Shown here piece after piece: positions 23,521 to 37,419 of a DNA stretch of 64,000 nucleotides. How positions within the stretch are numbered: the stretch's first letter is position 1; each line of letters begins with the position of its first letter. The notes below the pieces were generated by a model that saw only the letters and a list, made by a program, of their open reading frames with translations, had not been told where the DNA came from and did no database searches. The translations under genes and the position numbers were made by a program. The DNA is from Ostrea edulis (Eukaryota), in NCBI RefSeq assembly GCF_947568905.1, contig NC_079170.1:44020001-44084000 (forward strand). Reading direction: 5' to 3'.

Positions 23521-24901
23521 GGGGTTGTAACATGCTTTTATTGTTAAAATACTTTTAGTATTTACAAATTCAAAATCTTGCTTTATTCTGAATGAAATTA
23601 AAAACATACATAGAAAGACCATAATTTATCTAACATATATGGGGGGGGGGGGGGGGGGGGCTGCTATACCACACTGGTATGATAAGTATATTTGATATTA
23701 CTAAATATTGTTTTAATACGTCCAGTTGGGAATCTCTACAAAGTAATGTGTTCGCCCGCGACTAGATTTATGCTTCTCGGGCACAGGCAATTGTATCGCT
23801 TGGGGTCGAATAAATTACGGTGTGCTACTGAATCGACCCAAATTGATTCAATTACCAGTGGTCTCGGGTGGTTGAGCGCACGGTTATCTCAAACACTGAT
23901 TTTATTTTAGAATTTTACAGAATTGTGTGAAATTACTTGTTAAATTGTTTATGGACCACATTCGAAAAAAAAATTGAAATTGAATATTCATGATACATGT
24001 ACATGTAAATACAAAATAAGTAATAAAATGTATTTTAGCTACGCTACATGCATGTGTAGTACTTACTAAAACGCGATGGAAAGTGAAAATCCATTCAGAA
24101 TGCTACATATGTATGCAAAATCTTGGCCACAAACTTGAAAATAATAATAAGAAAAATCATATAGAAATTGCATTACATAAGGTTGACATTTTTAACTGGA
24201 ATTACAATGTTTTCAACTTGATCATCAATACTCTTGTTGTATGCACTACATGTACAGTGTGTACATTGACATTCCGAAATAAGAAAAACACTACTCAGGT
24301 TATAAATTTATATACCATTTTTTTTAATTTGCATAATACATTTTTAAACCCTTTGCTCAAATTATATACTGCATAAATGCTGGTTAAAAAAAGAGAATGC
24401 CACAATACTGTTTATGTTGGTAAGTAATGACTTAATACTCTCATTTTTCATATTCCAACTGAAAGCATTTAACCACAAACCAAGAAAGTTCATTTTCAAA
24501 AGGTTCCACCATACATCTCATTCACTGCGCACAAAGTTCTACACGTACATGCACGTGCTAAGTTACTGTTGACGAAGCTGAGGGTGATCCTGTTGGTCAG
24601 CTTGGGAATTTCTGTACACTTCACGCTGGTAAAACTACATGCAACCTTGTGTCCGTTAGGGGACAGTTACTGATCGCAAGGGATTCTTCAAGTACAAATG
24701 TCCACCAAGTTATATTCGCGCTGGTTTCCTCTTGCTTAAATCCATATCCAATGCTAACAATTTTAAAATCATTGTTACGGATTTATAAATTGTCATACAA
24801 TCAAAATGTCATGAAGTTATAATGTAAGATCTTCGGTTCACCTTTCCAAGTTCCTAGAATATTGAGGAATATCATTGCACACCATTGGACCTCTTTTTTC
24901 T

Positions 24902-26036
24902 TCAGCGTTTACCTTGCAGCGCCCGCATGCTTTGAAGCTTTGCTGAGAAGCTCTTTGAAAAATGCTCTCTCGGTCGCCCGATGACGTTCGGCTGCCGGGT
25001 GGCTTGGTTGTAAGAAGGTGGATAGCCAGCCTGGGAACTCCTGGAACCGTTTATGCCATTCGTGAAATTTGGGGGCTGAAAACAGAATATTTCATTATAT
25101 AATATCTCCAATTAATATACCCAAAGTCATTACCGTTGAGTATTTTGAAAATGTTACGAAATGTTTCATCAGACAATACGCGATATTAGAATGCACTAAA
25201 CACTGATATGACAGGCACCCTCGGATCTATGTAAGACACTCCTGGTTGATCTGGCATGACAATCACTCGGTGGTGGTTCTTCCGCTTGCAGATTCTAATG
25301 TATACAAAGACCCCTATGAGTAGAAGAATGAAAAATCCCAACGAAGCCCCAACAACAATCCCACCTATCACAGAGCTGTAAAACAAATTCACAAAAAATA
25401 TCAATTACAAATATATAAACTCCAAATCAGGAGTCAATTACAAATAAATAAACTCCAAATCAGGAGTCAATTCTGAGGCTTTTAAGAGATAAAACCCCGG
25501 ATATTCCACTTGAAATGTGTTTATGATTTTGTGTATTTCTATTTTTATGAGACAAAAATTCAAGTACAGGCTATAGGATAATGAGAAAATTCAATTTCGG
25601 CATTGACATCCATTACTAAACAGCTGATTATCTCTGTAAATGAAAGGAAAACAATCTTACCTGCCACCGCTGCTGGAATTGGAGGAACTACTATATCGGT
25701 AATATGAGGACCTGTAGGAATAATAGTACCTATACCTCACACAGTGGACAGGGACACCACCTAAAAAGTATACGGATAACATTTAGTCAATAACATTACA
25801 CATCGTAAAATCCAGAATATTGAAATGAGTGTATGTAAAACTTATACGGTACCAATTTTGATGCACCAGATGCGCATTTCGACAAATAATGTCTCTTATA
25901 AATATGTGTTTATTTCTATATACAACCAAATAAACAGTCTTTGTTGAGAGAGATAATACTTACATCCTATTATAAATAATATCAAAGTAGAAAACCATAC
26001 AATTGTCTGTGTCTCGGAGCCCATTTTTATTGACAT
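24902..26036 (-). CDS. Paralogue A: CYYR1/Shisa-like small single-pass membrane protein with PPxY tail (~167 aa)
   Basis: Exons (-): 26036-25964 MSIKMGSETQTIVWFSTLILFIIG; 25760-25661 CGVPVHCVRYRYYYSYRSSYYRYSSSSNSSSGG; 25375-25219 SSVIGGIVVGASLGFFILLLIGVFVYIRICKRKNHHRVIVMPDQPGVSYIDPR; 25075-24902 PPNFTNGINGSRSSQAGYPPSYNQATRQ...QGKR-stop. Introns 1 and 2 have the same phases (1, 2) as in B-D. The exon-3 donor (AGG|GTGCCT) is weak and the 3' end is uncertain. Confidence 0.75.
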
Positions 26037-26147
26037 GAACTTCCAAAATGTACCTTAAAACCAAAACATCGATAGATATACTGGTAAATCGTATTTAAAA
26101 AATTGACACGGCATTTTAAATCCCTATTTCGCAACAGTTTTGCTGGA

Positions 26148-26159
26148 ATGAATATTCAT
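26148..26159. promoter_or_regulatory. ATGAATATTCAT palindrome (POU MORE-type site) upstream of gene A
   Basis: Exact copies also at 26993-27004, 33026-33037 (B), 51289-51300 (C) and 63164-63175 (D). Confidence 0.45.
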
Positions 26160-27379
26160 CCACTAATTCTATATTTAGGATAAGAACCTGAAACTTTTCC
26201 AATGCTTCTTTAAAAAATCCCCTTAATTCACATGTCTTTTATTATGCTGTTTATTGATCTGAGAAATTGCGTGATAATTGGAAGTGATTTGATTCAACAC
26301 ATGTAAAATGTAAACTATCATTTTGAAATGAATAGTCAGAAATCTGAAAAAAATGACTACATTATATTGCATTTAATGAAAACAATATTAGCGGGCATTT
26401 TGTTGTAAAATTGTGATTTACTATTGAAATGACAGATGAAATTGACGTTGATAAACTTTTGTTATTTATTAGAAAACCTATCCAGGGGTCTTAAGTGAAG
26501 CAAAATTAGATTATTGTTTTACTGAAGAAAAATTGATCTCTATATACTAGTAATGCTGTATATTCAATAGAACCAAAATCTTTATTTTGATAAAATCCTA
26601 AAGTTAGTTTTATTTTCATCAATGCCTTTGGTTAAGGTTACATACAAAACAACCATAATAGTATATTTTACAACATTGTTTTTCTCGATCGGATCTAGAG
26701 TTAAAATTGCATTAAATTTCAATGTTTTTGGTATTTCCCCCACATTTTTCATTTCGCCACAAAACGTTATGCAGATAGAGAATGTAAGCTCACAACTTTT
26801 TAATTAAATATTTTGATGAATAATTGCACAAATGTCATTTGATATTTTACTTTCTGGGGAAATGTAGATTTAGACTTCTGGAACTACCGCGACGATAAAA
26901 AGAAAATATAATATTATATGCGCATCGTGAATCAAGTACAATTTCAGTATCACATCACAGAAGCCACAACTGACTCCATTCTTTCATGCATGATGAATAT
27001 TCATTAGTTACACAAATAACTTTCCATTGTTGAATTCTATCTAGAGGGGTTACGGGGGTCGCCCCTTCTTTGAATATTGATGGGGATTTCCCTTCACATT
27101 TTACAAATGTATATACTACAATGTTTGAGCATATGAACATGAACTCATGATACAATTTAAGGTATTTAATGGATCGTTTAAACACCTCTTATGAAGTATG
27201 ATTTTACCCCCGAAAGAGTGATACAAGCTTTCAAGCATTTCATATGATTTTTTTTGTGATTGATCCCGGAATGATAAAAAAGGGTACTTTGTTTGCAAAT
27301 ACGGTTCTCTAGAGTCTAAATTTTCCTTTTGATTTGATGCTTATATGAATATTTGCCTAAGCGACTCAGATAGACGTTC

Positions 27380-27870
27380 TAATTTTGTAATTAAAAAAAT
27401 GAAAATTTAAAATGTTATTTGCTCATATTTTTTTAAAATATATGGATCATTTTTTTTAAAAAGATGTCAATTAGAAAAGAAGGTATGTCAGAGAAACATA
27501 TGTTTAAACTAGAAATTGAACTGAAATGGTCAAAATTCTGAAATATTAGGATTATTCAAATTGATAAAGGAAAATAATTTCTTGATGAACAGTACATACA
27601 GTTAGCAACAATATGAATATTTTCGTAATTTCTGTCAATTTTGATCGGGATCGGTACTTTTTTTTCTCGTTTGGATACAGTGGTTATATCTGAAATTTGA
27701 TCATTTCGTTTCAATTTCTTTATATGATATATTTCTTCGATATATCTCTTTTCTAACTGACATGAGTTTAGAAGATTTCATCGAGAGATTAAAAAATATT
27801 AAGAAATGTTTTCAATATTCATAAATATTTTTTCTAAAAAAAAAATTAAAACGTTTATATTTGTTAATAA
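27380..27870. repeat. Old degenerate fold-back (inverted repeat centred near 27620)
   Basis: AATTGAACTGAAATGGTCAAAATTCTGAAATA and GATGTCAATTAGAAAAG on the left have reverse-complement counterparts at 27685-27765. Confidence 0.5.
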
Positions 27871-28508
27871 CGAGACGAGTGTTGATTATGTACAGTGGTA
27901 TAAGTAGCAGGACTTTATAGAGCAGTATAGATTCGGCCAGGGAACCATTGCTAGTAAACACTGTGCGATATCTAAGGCTAGGACGTGCTGATGTGCGGAT
28001 GGAAAAAAAAAATCATTAAAACATGTAGTGGAAATCCCATTCAACACTCTTAGTCAGCTATTGGAAATATTCCATGGATATTATGACTGTAGGAGGCGCG
28101 CTTCGCAATATTCGGTTCTGTATTCTTGATACAAGCGCCATTTCAAGCTAAGACGTACGGTACGTGTTCCGTCACGAAAAGACAGATGTAACGAAGAATT
28201 TTGACTGAGATCGAAAACTTACCCGGGCATTAGACTTGAAGTGAAAGTCGCAATTCTTTTAGATATGACCTTGAAAATGGAGGCCACGTATTGCAATAAA
28301 GAGCCCTCATAAATGGTTGGCACGCTACCTATAGCTACATATATATGTACATGTAGATGGCGTGTTTTTAAAAGTCAGATATTTAGAAATAAATTTCATT
28401 TTTAAGTGAACTTCGACACTCGACACTTCAGGTTGGCATGCACATTGTTGTGGCCTTATATTGTTGTATTCTTGCATCACCGTCTCTAAAAACGAATAGA
28501 TAATAATA

Positions 28509-28511
<3 letters not shown>

Positions 28512-28550
<39 letters not shown>
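28512..28550. repeat. Poly(A) tract (39 nt)
   Basis: Direct reading. Confidence 0.95.
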
Positions 28551-28551
<1 letters not shown>

Positions 28552-31500
28552 ATCCTGGTGTATAAATTTTCTCTATAAATTTGTCCAAACATACTTCCAA
28601 ACATTCATGAAAGCACTATGCGAAACAAAAATTCACAGCTTGATTTAAACGATTTTGCGTGTTGACCTAGCTATGTTAGTTAGCCAGTGCAGTTGCGAAA
28701 CATATTGGGAATTTCTCTGGTCAGTCTCAGTATTTTCTCAGGATGTTACAGATCTACAGCTCTGGTCGCTCCCAATATTTTACCAAAGAAATCCGAGTCT
28801 GCAGCTTCTGAATGTATTGAACTTCATGTAAATTTATAAATAGATCACTGGTTCCGTCTATCATGTGTTTTAATATAGATATTTTCTCTGAGTATAAACT
28901 CTGATTTCATAATTGAAAATTATTCATTTAATTAATTTCTATAACTACTGTCTTCCCCGTGATGTTTTGAATTGATGCTCTACTATGAACGTTGTGTGAA
29001 GTGTGTAATTATATGTTTGGTCAAACTGTATATGGCCTCTGATATGATGGGTACATTTCCCCGAGAAGTTAGTTGAAGATTTGCGAAAAAATTCAATTAA
29101 ATTCTTCATGACCTTTGAACGTTAAGCGAATTATTTATTACGAACACATACGGTGTACTAGACAATAACTCGAGCATGCATGGGTGGATAAAATATAAGT
29201 ATTGCGAATTTGGAAGTAAACATCAGACACTAAAGTTTTGAAGTCTTAACTAGTTAAATATGGGAAGTACATGCATTGTTATTAATTACATGGGTATTTG
29301 TTATGATTTGTTTATGAAAATGGAAGTTGTATACTGAATAATGCATATAATTTTGTGATGTCTCCATTTAAGTGAAATGGTTTTGAAATCATATGCAGCT
29401 ATCCTTTCATATTAAGACATCTCTTCAAATCATTGAACATATTCCTAAGCGCGTTGAAGATACATGTAGGCTAAATTCAATAATTAAATATAGATTAATT
29501 CAATTCAGAAATAATTTATGTTTTGTAATATTTGAACTTATTTTTGATTTGTTGGACCCAACTTCAAATTATTGAACACAAGTATAAGTAATCAAAGATA
29601 AATTTTGTTCAATAACATATTCATTGTATATAGCTTCAATTATACACATGTAATCGCAAGTTGATTCAATTACATGTAAGTAATATCAAGTGAATTATAG
29701 TTATGTCCGATTCAATTTCAGATGAGTTCAAATAGTGAAAAATTAAAGATGGTTTTATTTAATTCATAAGTAGATGCACTTTTGTGGATAGGTTATAAAC
29801 TATAAACATCTAGTTTTAATTCAATCCCACTTACATGTATCTTTAATTCAATCAAAGGTAGGTGAAATCATTAGACCCGAAACACAGCAGGGGTTTGTAC
29901 CAGCATTCCCAAAAACGTTGCAAAAGGAAAGAGTAGCAGATTCACAATGCCAATTCAGACATTTCTCGATCCTCAGAAGTGTCTTAAATGTACATTTCAA
30001 TTAATATATCGACTTGTGTTAGGAAATTACCCTAAAGATGAAGTATAAATATATATATTGGATACTCCATGGCTTGTGGTTGGATATGATTTTTATCCAA
30101 CGAGTTGTATTTTCTATCCCCGAACCTTGCTGTTCAACTTGCATTGAAGAATGATCTTTCCGTAAAATTTAACGGTGAACTAATAACTGATATTCAACAA
30201 AAATCACAACAAAGAGGAGTAACATGTATGTATATACATGTTGGTAAATGAGGAATCGCCGCGGAGTTGATAAATTCCTCGCGCTGATAGTGAATCGGGA
30301 GATTTTCTCATTCCATTGCATATGCCACTTTATATTTAAATTTTAGTAATGAAATAGAAACGTGTATATATCAATGAAATATTGGAAATGACCCAACACT
30401 AATTTGAATGTTTTTGTGATTTCTCCTTCCTTATAAATTGATAACAAATAATTTAACGAAAATGATGTATATGTGTTCTTTTAAATTACATGAAAAACGG
30501 AAAAAATAATCAATTTTGACAACTATTAAGTATATAACCATATGTCATAGATAGCCTTGCTTCAAAGGAGGATAAATCATAATTCACAGAATACATTTTT
30601 ATTCTTAAAACTACGTAATTTAAAAATACAATCAACTTGTGATAGTAGTTTCAACATGATTTAATCAGTAAATAAATAATATCATTTTTCAACCACATGT
30701 GACTGGACCTTGTTAGCGAGTTCATTTGGTTACATAAGAAATGAATTCGTTATCCAGGCCCCAACAGGGATGTACCCCGAGTTGTATTCCACGGGTGTAT
30801 TATATGTATATCACGTTTATTGAAACGATGGATCAGTCTCATTTAGATAAAACAATATCAAATTCAGTGCATTTGGAGAAGATGCGACACATTAGCAGAA
30901 AAAAGGCAAGCAGAGGCGTGTAGAATTTGTTTCAAATGGCAAACATTAAAATGAAATAATGCATGTCCCACCTAATTAATAGCAATTACATCAGCATAAA
31001 CACAATCACATTCAACATTGTGATTACAGATTGCTTGTAATGTAAACCTACCATACATACAATTTTGAAACTGTAAGTATATCATAAATTGTATATCATC
31101 GAAACTAAGTGACCATGCAAAATGATACACTGTAGATGAATTAATTGTTTTCACCATAAACCATTGTTCCTTTGAAATGTCAAAATATTGCACATATACA
31201 TTCCACTCTTCAACGGTACTGGATGTCATTCATATTTTCCCCTCCCTTTTCTAAACACTCTTACAAGATTGTTTCACGATTGCATGTAGTTAATCCGGAT
31301 CCGCCAGGGTGCATTTCGCACCTCTTGTTCGATTGTCTGGGAGATAGAGTGCAGCTGAGGACTATCCTTTATGGTGAGGTAAGGTTTATCCTTAGTTTGG
31401 AGGTATTGGTTGTCTTTGATTATTAAATGAGATTTGTCCTCTGTTGGAAAATGTTTGTTGTTATTAACGGTGGTGAGAGGTCTGGTCTTAGTTGGAAAGT

Positions 31501-31727
31501 GTTGGTTGTCCTTGATTTTGAGATGAGATATCTCCTTGACTCGGATATGTGGTCTCTCCATGGCTTGTAAATGTGGGTTGTCCTTGATTTTGAGATGAAA
31601 TCTGTCCATCACTGGAAAGTGTTGGTTGTCCTTGATTTTGAGATGACATTTGTCCTTGACTGGGAGATGAGATATCTCCTAGATTTTGAGATGAGAATTG
31701 TCCTTGGTGTACAGGTGTGGGCTGTCC

Positions 31728-32857
31728 TTAGTAGACATGATGCAACTCTTCTTCACCACGAATCGCGGGTTGTACCTGGATTGAAGGTGTGGAATGCAGT
31801 CGGGTTGAATTCGGGTCATGTTGACCAACAGTTAGACGTTGTGCTAAAAGAAAAATGTCGCTCACATTTATTGCTACGAATCCTTGTAAAAGAAATTAAT
31901 TGAAACTCATTTACTTTGATTAATTTGTAGATGTTGTATACTCTTTGATCAAATTTGTAGAGGTTGGATTTATAGCAACGAATGAAAAGCGCATTTATTA
32001 AATACCTGCATCGATGTAGGAGACAGGTGGTTGAGCTGGCTGGATAACCATTCGTCCGTGGTTTGTTTTCTTGCAGACTTTAACTATTATTATCGTCACT
32101 GAGCACATTAAGATAGCAAATCCAGCAATCCCGCCGACTATACCACCAGCCATTTTCCCTATTAATTTAACACTGCAAGAAAGGATTTCGAAAACGTCAT
32201 AAATCGTCCCCTGAACTCCAATGCACATATAAATCTTGATAAATATAGTACCGTTTTCCCGACAGAAATTAAGGCAACATATGAATATAGTAAACACATT
32301 TCAATTTGGAAAAACTTTTCATGAAACGCGAACATTCAAATGAAATTTAGTTCTTAACTGAATGATGGAAGGGTTTGACTAACAGGAAAAAGTTCAACAT
32401 TCCCTGCAATACATGTACATCAATGAAAATGTAAAAGCACAACTACATACCTATCATAATACTGGGTATTTCCGTAGTAAGAGCAGTAGTAGGAACGAGA
32501 ATAAGAGCAGTAACTACCACATCGAACCGGTACAAAACCTAAAAATTCAAATCACACAACAGAAATTAAATAGAAAAATAAGAATTAAAATCACACAACA
32601 GAATTTAAATGGAGAAAATTATCCCGCAAATATTTTTAAAATTTCTTTTTCAAAATAATTTTCACTAATTTAAAAATTCGAAGTATTTACTGAATGAACA
32701 ACATAATAACAAATTATAGTTATCACCATTGCTATGAATGAGGATGATGATGATGATGATGATGATGAAGATGAGGAGGAGGAGGATGCTTACAGCTAAT
32801 CACAGCCAACAATGTTATAGCGGAGATCCATCGTACATATACATTCTTGTTCTCCAT
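31728..32857 (-). CDS. Paralogue B: CYYR1/Shisa-like membrane protein truncated by an early TAA (144 aa; 224 aa if read through)
   Basis: Exons (-): 32857-32794 MENKNVYVRWISAITLLAVIS; 32538-32451 CFVPVRCGSYCSYSRSYYCSYYGNTQYYD; 32172-32006 SVKLIGKMAGGIVGGIAGFAILMCSVTIIIVKVCKKTNHGRMVIQPAQPPVSYIDA; 31843-31728 AQRLTVGQHDPNSTRLHSTPSIQVQPAIRGEEELHHVY-TAA. All GT-AG. The frame stays open for 79 more codons to the stop at 31488-31490. Could be a pseudogene or null allele. Confidence 0.78.
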
Positions 32858-35699
32858 AGCAATTCTTTTCAAAAGAACTTTTTAAAATGTCGCTTATTTC
32901 TATGACTGACGATCTAATTCGTCTTTCCAAAGTCATGTGGTAAAGTTACACGAGGATAAGTTTTATACCCGTATATGTAACCACCGTGTGCTGATTTAAA
33001 CTCTCCATTGGTGTAAATGTAGGTAATGAATATTCATATTGCCAATATTGTGTTCGTGTAGATAAACTCTATAGAGTTAAAATATTCCAGAAGAAATTCC
33101 ACGGAATCAGAATTGTCGGTGCTCTCAATGTCATTGCATATTGATCATGTCTATTTTCAGAATTCGATAATAAATTAACCAAGATTCTGTAATGATTATA
33201 AACACTATTGTGAAATGGAAGAGATAATGATTAAAACAATGCCTGTAAAGAAAAGTTCAGTTTACTCTGTTTACAATGTACAATATTTCATCATGTTTCC
33301 TAAGTGTGTACACTGTACGGTAATCAAAGTAATATAAATGTACAGTTAAGTATGTTCAATTCATCAATGCTGAAGCCACCACAGTTTTACTGTAGCAACG
33401 AAAAGGAACTGGGGATTTCTTTTTCTTCTTCCATAGCTTTCTGTGATCTTTTTCACGATGTCTGATGCCAAAAGTAATGACGCTTAATTCAAAATAATTT
33501 GCAATGTATCCTTATTAATGATTGAAGTTTAAACACACACATACACACACACACAAAAGAAAGAAAGAAAGAAAGGAAGCAATGTCTCAAAAAGTGCTAA
33601 CTAGTATTCAATATACATATTTTACATCAGCCACAATGTTTTTAACATATACGCGCACACAAATTAAAAAATAACCTACTAAAGTCTCAAGGCTAAAATT
33701 GCGAACAATTCCTAAGTTTATGTGAATTATATTAATCGCTGTTTGGGGCATATTTACATTCTATTTAGAAACGCAATAAATGGCTGACAAACTGTACACT
33801 TTTATTTGAGTGTGTTAAAAGTTAAAATTCACTACATAATCAAAAAGAAAATATACACCTAGAGTGAAATGTATCTAATAAACATGGCGTGTACGACGCC
33901 TAATGACACAGAAACCAACCCGGAAGTTATTTCTCGTATCGATCAGTGTTCCGCTCTAAAAATTTATTTACACGATGTACTCTATTCAAACTGAATCAAT
34001 TCAAACAATCCCACTCCGAATGTGAAGCTAGTTTATTTTCAATGGAACGTTTCTTTGATTATAGAATACATCGATGCATATTTGTTTATAAAAGGAAAGC
34101 TACGCTGCACATCGGTATTTAGAAACCGTCTGAATTTGTTTTTGCCAGAAGAATATAAAATAGGTCAAGCATATCGGCAAAACGGTGGTTCTAAAGTAGT
34201 TTCTTTAGACAATGTTTGTAAACAGGGTACTATGCTCATGCGCAGATGGAAAATTCCAAGCGGGGAAACCCCGATCTAAAACTGTACCCAATCGATTTCA
34301 GTGATTCACAATCGACATAATTATGTACACTTGAAAAGTGCAAAATTATTTACATTTTTGAAATAACTGCATGGAACTCTAATCTTCAAATAATATATAT
34401 CACTAACAAATTAAAAATGATAAAAGAAGAATGTTGCGGTATTAATATTTTTTTTGGTTTATTATCAATTATATATATACATATACATTATATGTATACA
34501 TATATACCTGTTATCAACGTCGGAAAATTGCAATTTTCCTTAAACAGCAGTATCAAATTTTCGCGGAAACTAATTAAAACGATATAATATTAATCATAAC
34601 ATTTTCATAAAACTGTTTCTTTAAAATAAAATATACAAATTGTTCGTGAAAAGTAAGGAAATCTATCACTGAAAACAGAGTTTGGATTCAATATTTTGAA
34701 ACATATAATTGATTATTCATAAATAACTAAGACGTTTGAGATATACTATGGTTGAAAAGATTTATCACATTATCTATTGAAAAACATGACATTCTTCCGG
34801 TGAAGATATGATTATTTTCCAACCTATCTAAGTAAGCACAATTTCATGTGTTCGTATCATTATTCAAACTTAAAACCAACAGTAAAGTAACACTACACGT
34901 TCTTAAACCTTTCTGTGTATGTAGACAGTATCCAGGAAAAAGTAATCGCCAAAGCTTTGACCAGTGATCTGTACGGCGTACTTAGTGAAAATAGCACTTA
35001 ACATTTATACGGGGAGTTATGCTTTGCCTGAAAAAAAAAAACATGAACCAACTGAAACATTACTGATCACCTATCGATCCCTAGGATCCAGAGAAGTCAG
35101 CTCCGAGTATACTGAAAATATGTTTGTTTGTTTGTTTGTTTTTTGTTTTTTTTTGTCGCTTCTATTAAAAACTATTGTGCAATATATCAAAAGGAAAATG
35201 CGAAACTTAAGTATGAACGTCTACTTCACAAATTGAATCCTGTCGAAGAACAGTTGACCCAAGATACGTCAGTGCGTGAAATGAATCAAACCTCAAAGCA
35301 AATCCTATAATACCAACAAAATAACAAAAGAAAATAAATCAGCGACTTGGTGCTTAAAACTAATTTGTTACAGAATTGGTACTGCTTATGTCAGTAAGAA
35401 GGCAACGTTGGAAGACCTTCAATTTTTAATGCTCAACGGAAGAAAAAGAGATTGTTCCCCAGCAGACATATTGACATTGTAATGACATTTATATATGGTT
35501 TATCATTTATGTTGATAATATTCAAGAAATATGTAGTGACCATAACTATATTTTTAATTCATGACTAAAATCCAAATGACAATGTGTCTAAATTGGGAAG
35601 AATTCTCCTGTTTGGTGTAAATAATTTTATAATTTATATTTTCTATTCTGTTTAGCAATTTTCCAATTTCTACCGTCTCTCAATATTTACAGTGTGGGG

Positions 35700-36330
35700 T
35701 AGAAATAATCGACATAATGGTATCAAAATTGACCAGTTTTGTGTTTGCGTTTAAGTGTAAGCCCTTGCCATTACATTATACTTTTCCCGACAGCGTACGG
35801 TAAGCGGATTTTTATGACCCCTCCAAGATGAATTCAACAATATACCCGTCTTGTGGGGATATCTCGTTGAGTAACTCTCCCAGGTAATTACTATTGGGGA
35901 TATAACTTGTTAACAAATCATCCGACTTGCATTAGTCTAATAGATTAACGTCTGTATCGACGTACAACCCATTCTCTTATTATTTGTCGAGAAAGCTGTA
36001 CGTTTTAAACCAAGCCCACGTAGTGGTAAAAGAATCTTAGAATATATTGGTTCATTGTCGAATGAAGTGAATAACGAGTTATTACTCCATTCTAAACAAA
36101 ATACGTCACGTGAAACGACGTGGAAATTGCCAGGTACTATTGTGCGATCAAAGAGCATTTGAAAAAAAAAATCGGCTTCAGATTCGTGAAGGAACTTTGT
36201 CTTACACTGTTGCACGTCCAACCTTTGACAAACACTTTCCAAAATGCTGTTTAACAGAGTTTTGTTAAACATCGCAAACCTGGATTTTTTTTTCAATTTC
36301 ATAATAACTAAAGTTACCTCCATACGAGTT
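35700..36330 (-). pseudogene. Polinton/Maverick protein-primed DNA polymerase B fossil, C-terminal palm (motifs B and C)
   Basis: Frameshifted translation KKNPGLRCLTKLC / LNS...QRL...FLHESEADFFFQ...NFHVVS..LEW; YVDTD at 35950-35964; NYLGELLNEISPQDGYIVEF..KSAYRTLSG..VNFD. Confidence 0.85.
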
Positions 36331-37419
36331 AACTTCCGTTATGGAGATTAACAATTCACCTGGGCTTACTATGTGCAACGAAAGATAACTCGTGTATAGC
36401 GCGAAATTTGTGAGATGTTTAATATCTAGCCACCCCTACAGTGTCAACAAATCGTATCTGTGAGCCTTATAACTTGATCAGGTAAACGGACAATGATAGG
36501 CAATTTAGAATAAGGTTATCAAATAATCCAAACAATACCTGGGATTCCGTTGATGCAGAGCTGTGTCTGCTGTTCATACCCTTACCAAAATATAAGCCCT
36601 CTGGCACACAGTTGCTGCAAATTTGCAGCGCATTTGCGGCAAGTTTGCCGCAACTAGTTGCGGCACATTTGCCGCAAGTATACTTTTCGTATGCAAATTT
36701 TTCCTCTGGCACACAGTTTGTGGCATAGTTGCAGCACACACTTCCTGCACACTTCTGGCACAGTGTGCGGCATATTTGCCGCAAGTATACTTTTCGTATG
36801 CAAATTTTTCCTCTGGCACACAGTTTGCAGCAAACTTGCGGCACACACTTGCTGCACACTTTTGGCACACAGTGTGCGGCATATTTGCCGCAAGTATACT
36901 TTTCGTATGCAAATTTTTCCTCTGGCACACAGTTTGCGGCACGCTCTTGCTGCACACTTCTGGCACACAGTTTGCGGCAAACTTGCGACACGCTCTTGCT
37001 GCACACTTCTGGCACACAGTTTGCGGCAAACTTGCGGCACACTTTTGGCACTATCTGCTCGAAATTAAGGGATCCTATATAAACTGTCATATTACAAAAC
37101 AAAAACACAATAATAATTCAATTAATATAATTTCAAGAACAATGACATATCAAGTAATTAACATATTCAAAAATACTAATTAAAAAAAAGAGAGATTCAA
37201 AAACAGAAATGACCAGGTTCTTGTAAAATATGTTATCTATCATAGGAACAACAGTAGAAACATACTGGAAAAATGACAAATTAAAGGTAGAATTTTTCAA
37301 CAAAAAAAGAAAAAAAAAAAGAGAGAAACATTTTTAAAATGTTAGATGTAAATCTTCAATGTTTTTATAACATCTATAATGTACAGGGTTTGGAAAATGG
37401 TAAGTAAAAGCTGAGTTGG

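Noticed and set aside
31274-31903. Alternative-frame K/D/H-rich ORFs (also 49600-49785, 61500-61685) and antisense ORFs suggesting dual coding
   Set aside because: Splice phases fix the Q/G-rich frame. The shifted frame is a by-product of CAA-GGA-CAA repeats and is closed by TAG in B.
35937-36323. 128-aa ORF as a novel orphan gene
   Set aside because: It is a frameshifted segment of the Polinton PolB fossil.
36467-37183. Seven overlapping 117-213 aa Cys/Ala-rich ORFs (and similar ORFs at 41474-41980)
   Set aside because: Open in several frames on both strands because the subterminal repeat lacks stop codons; no coding context.
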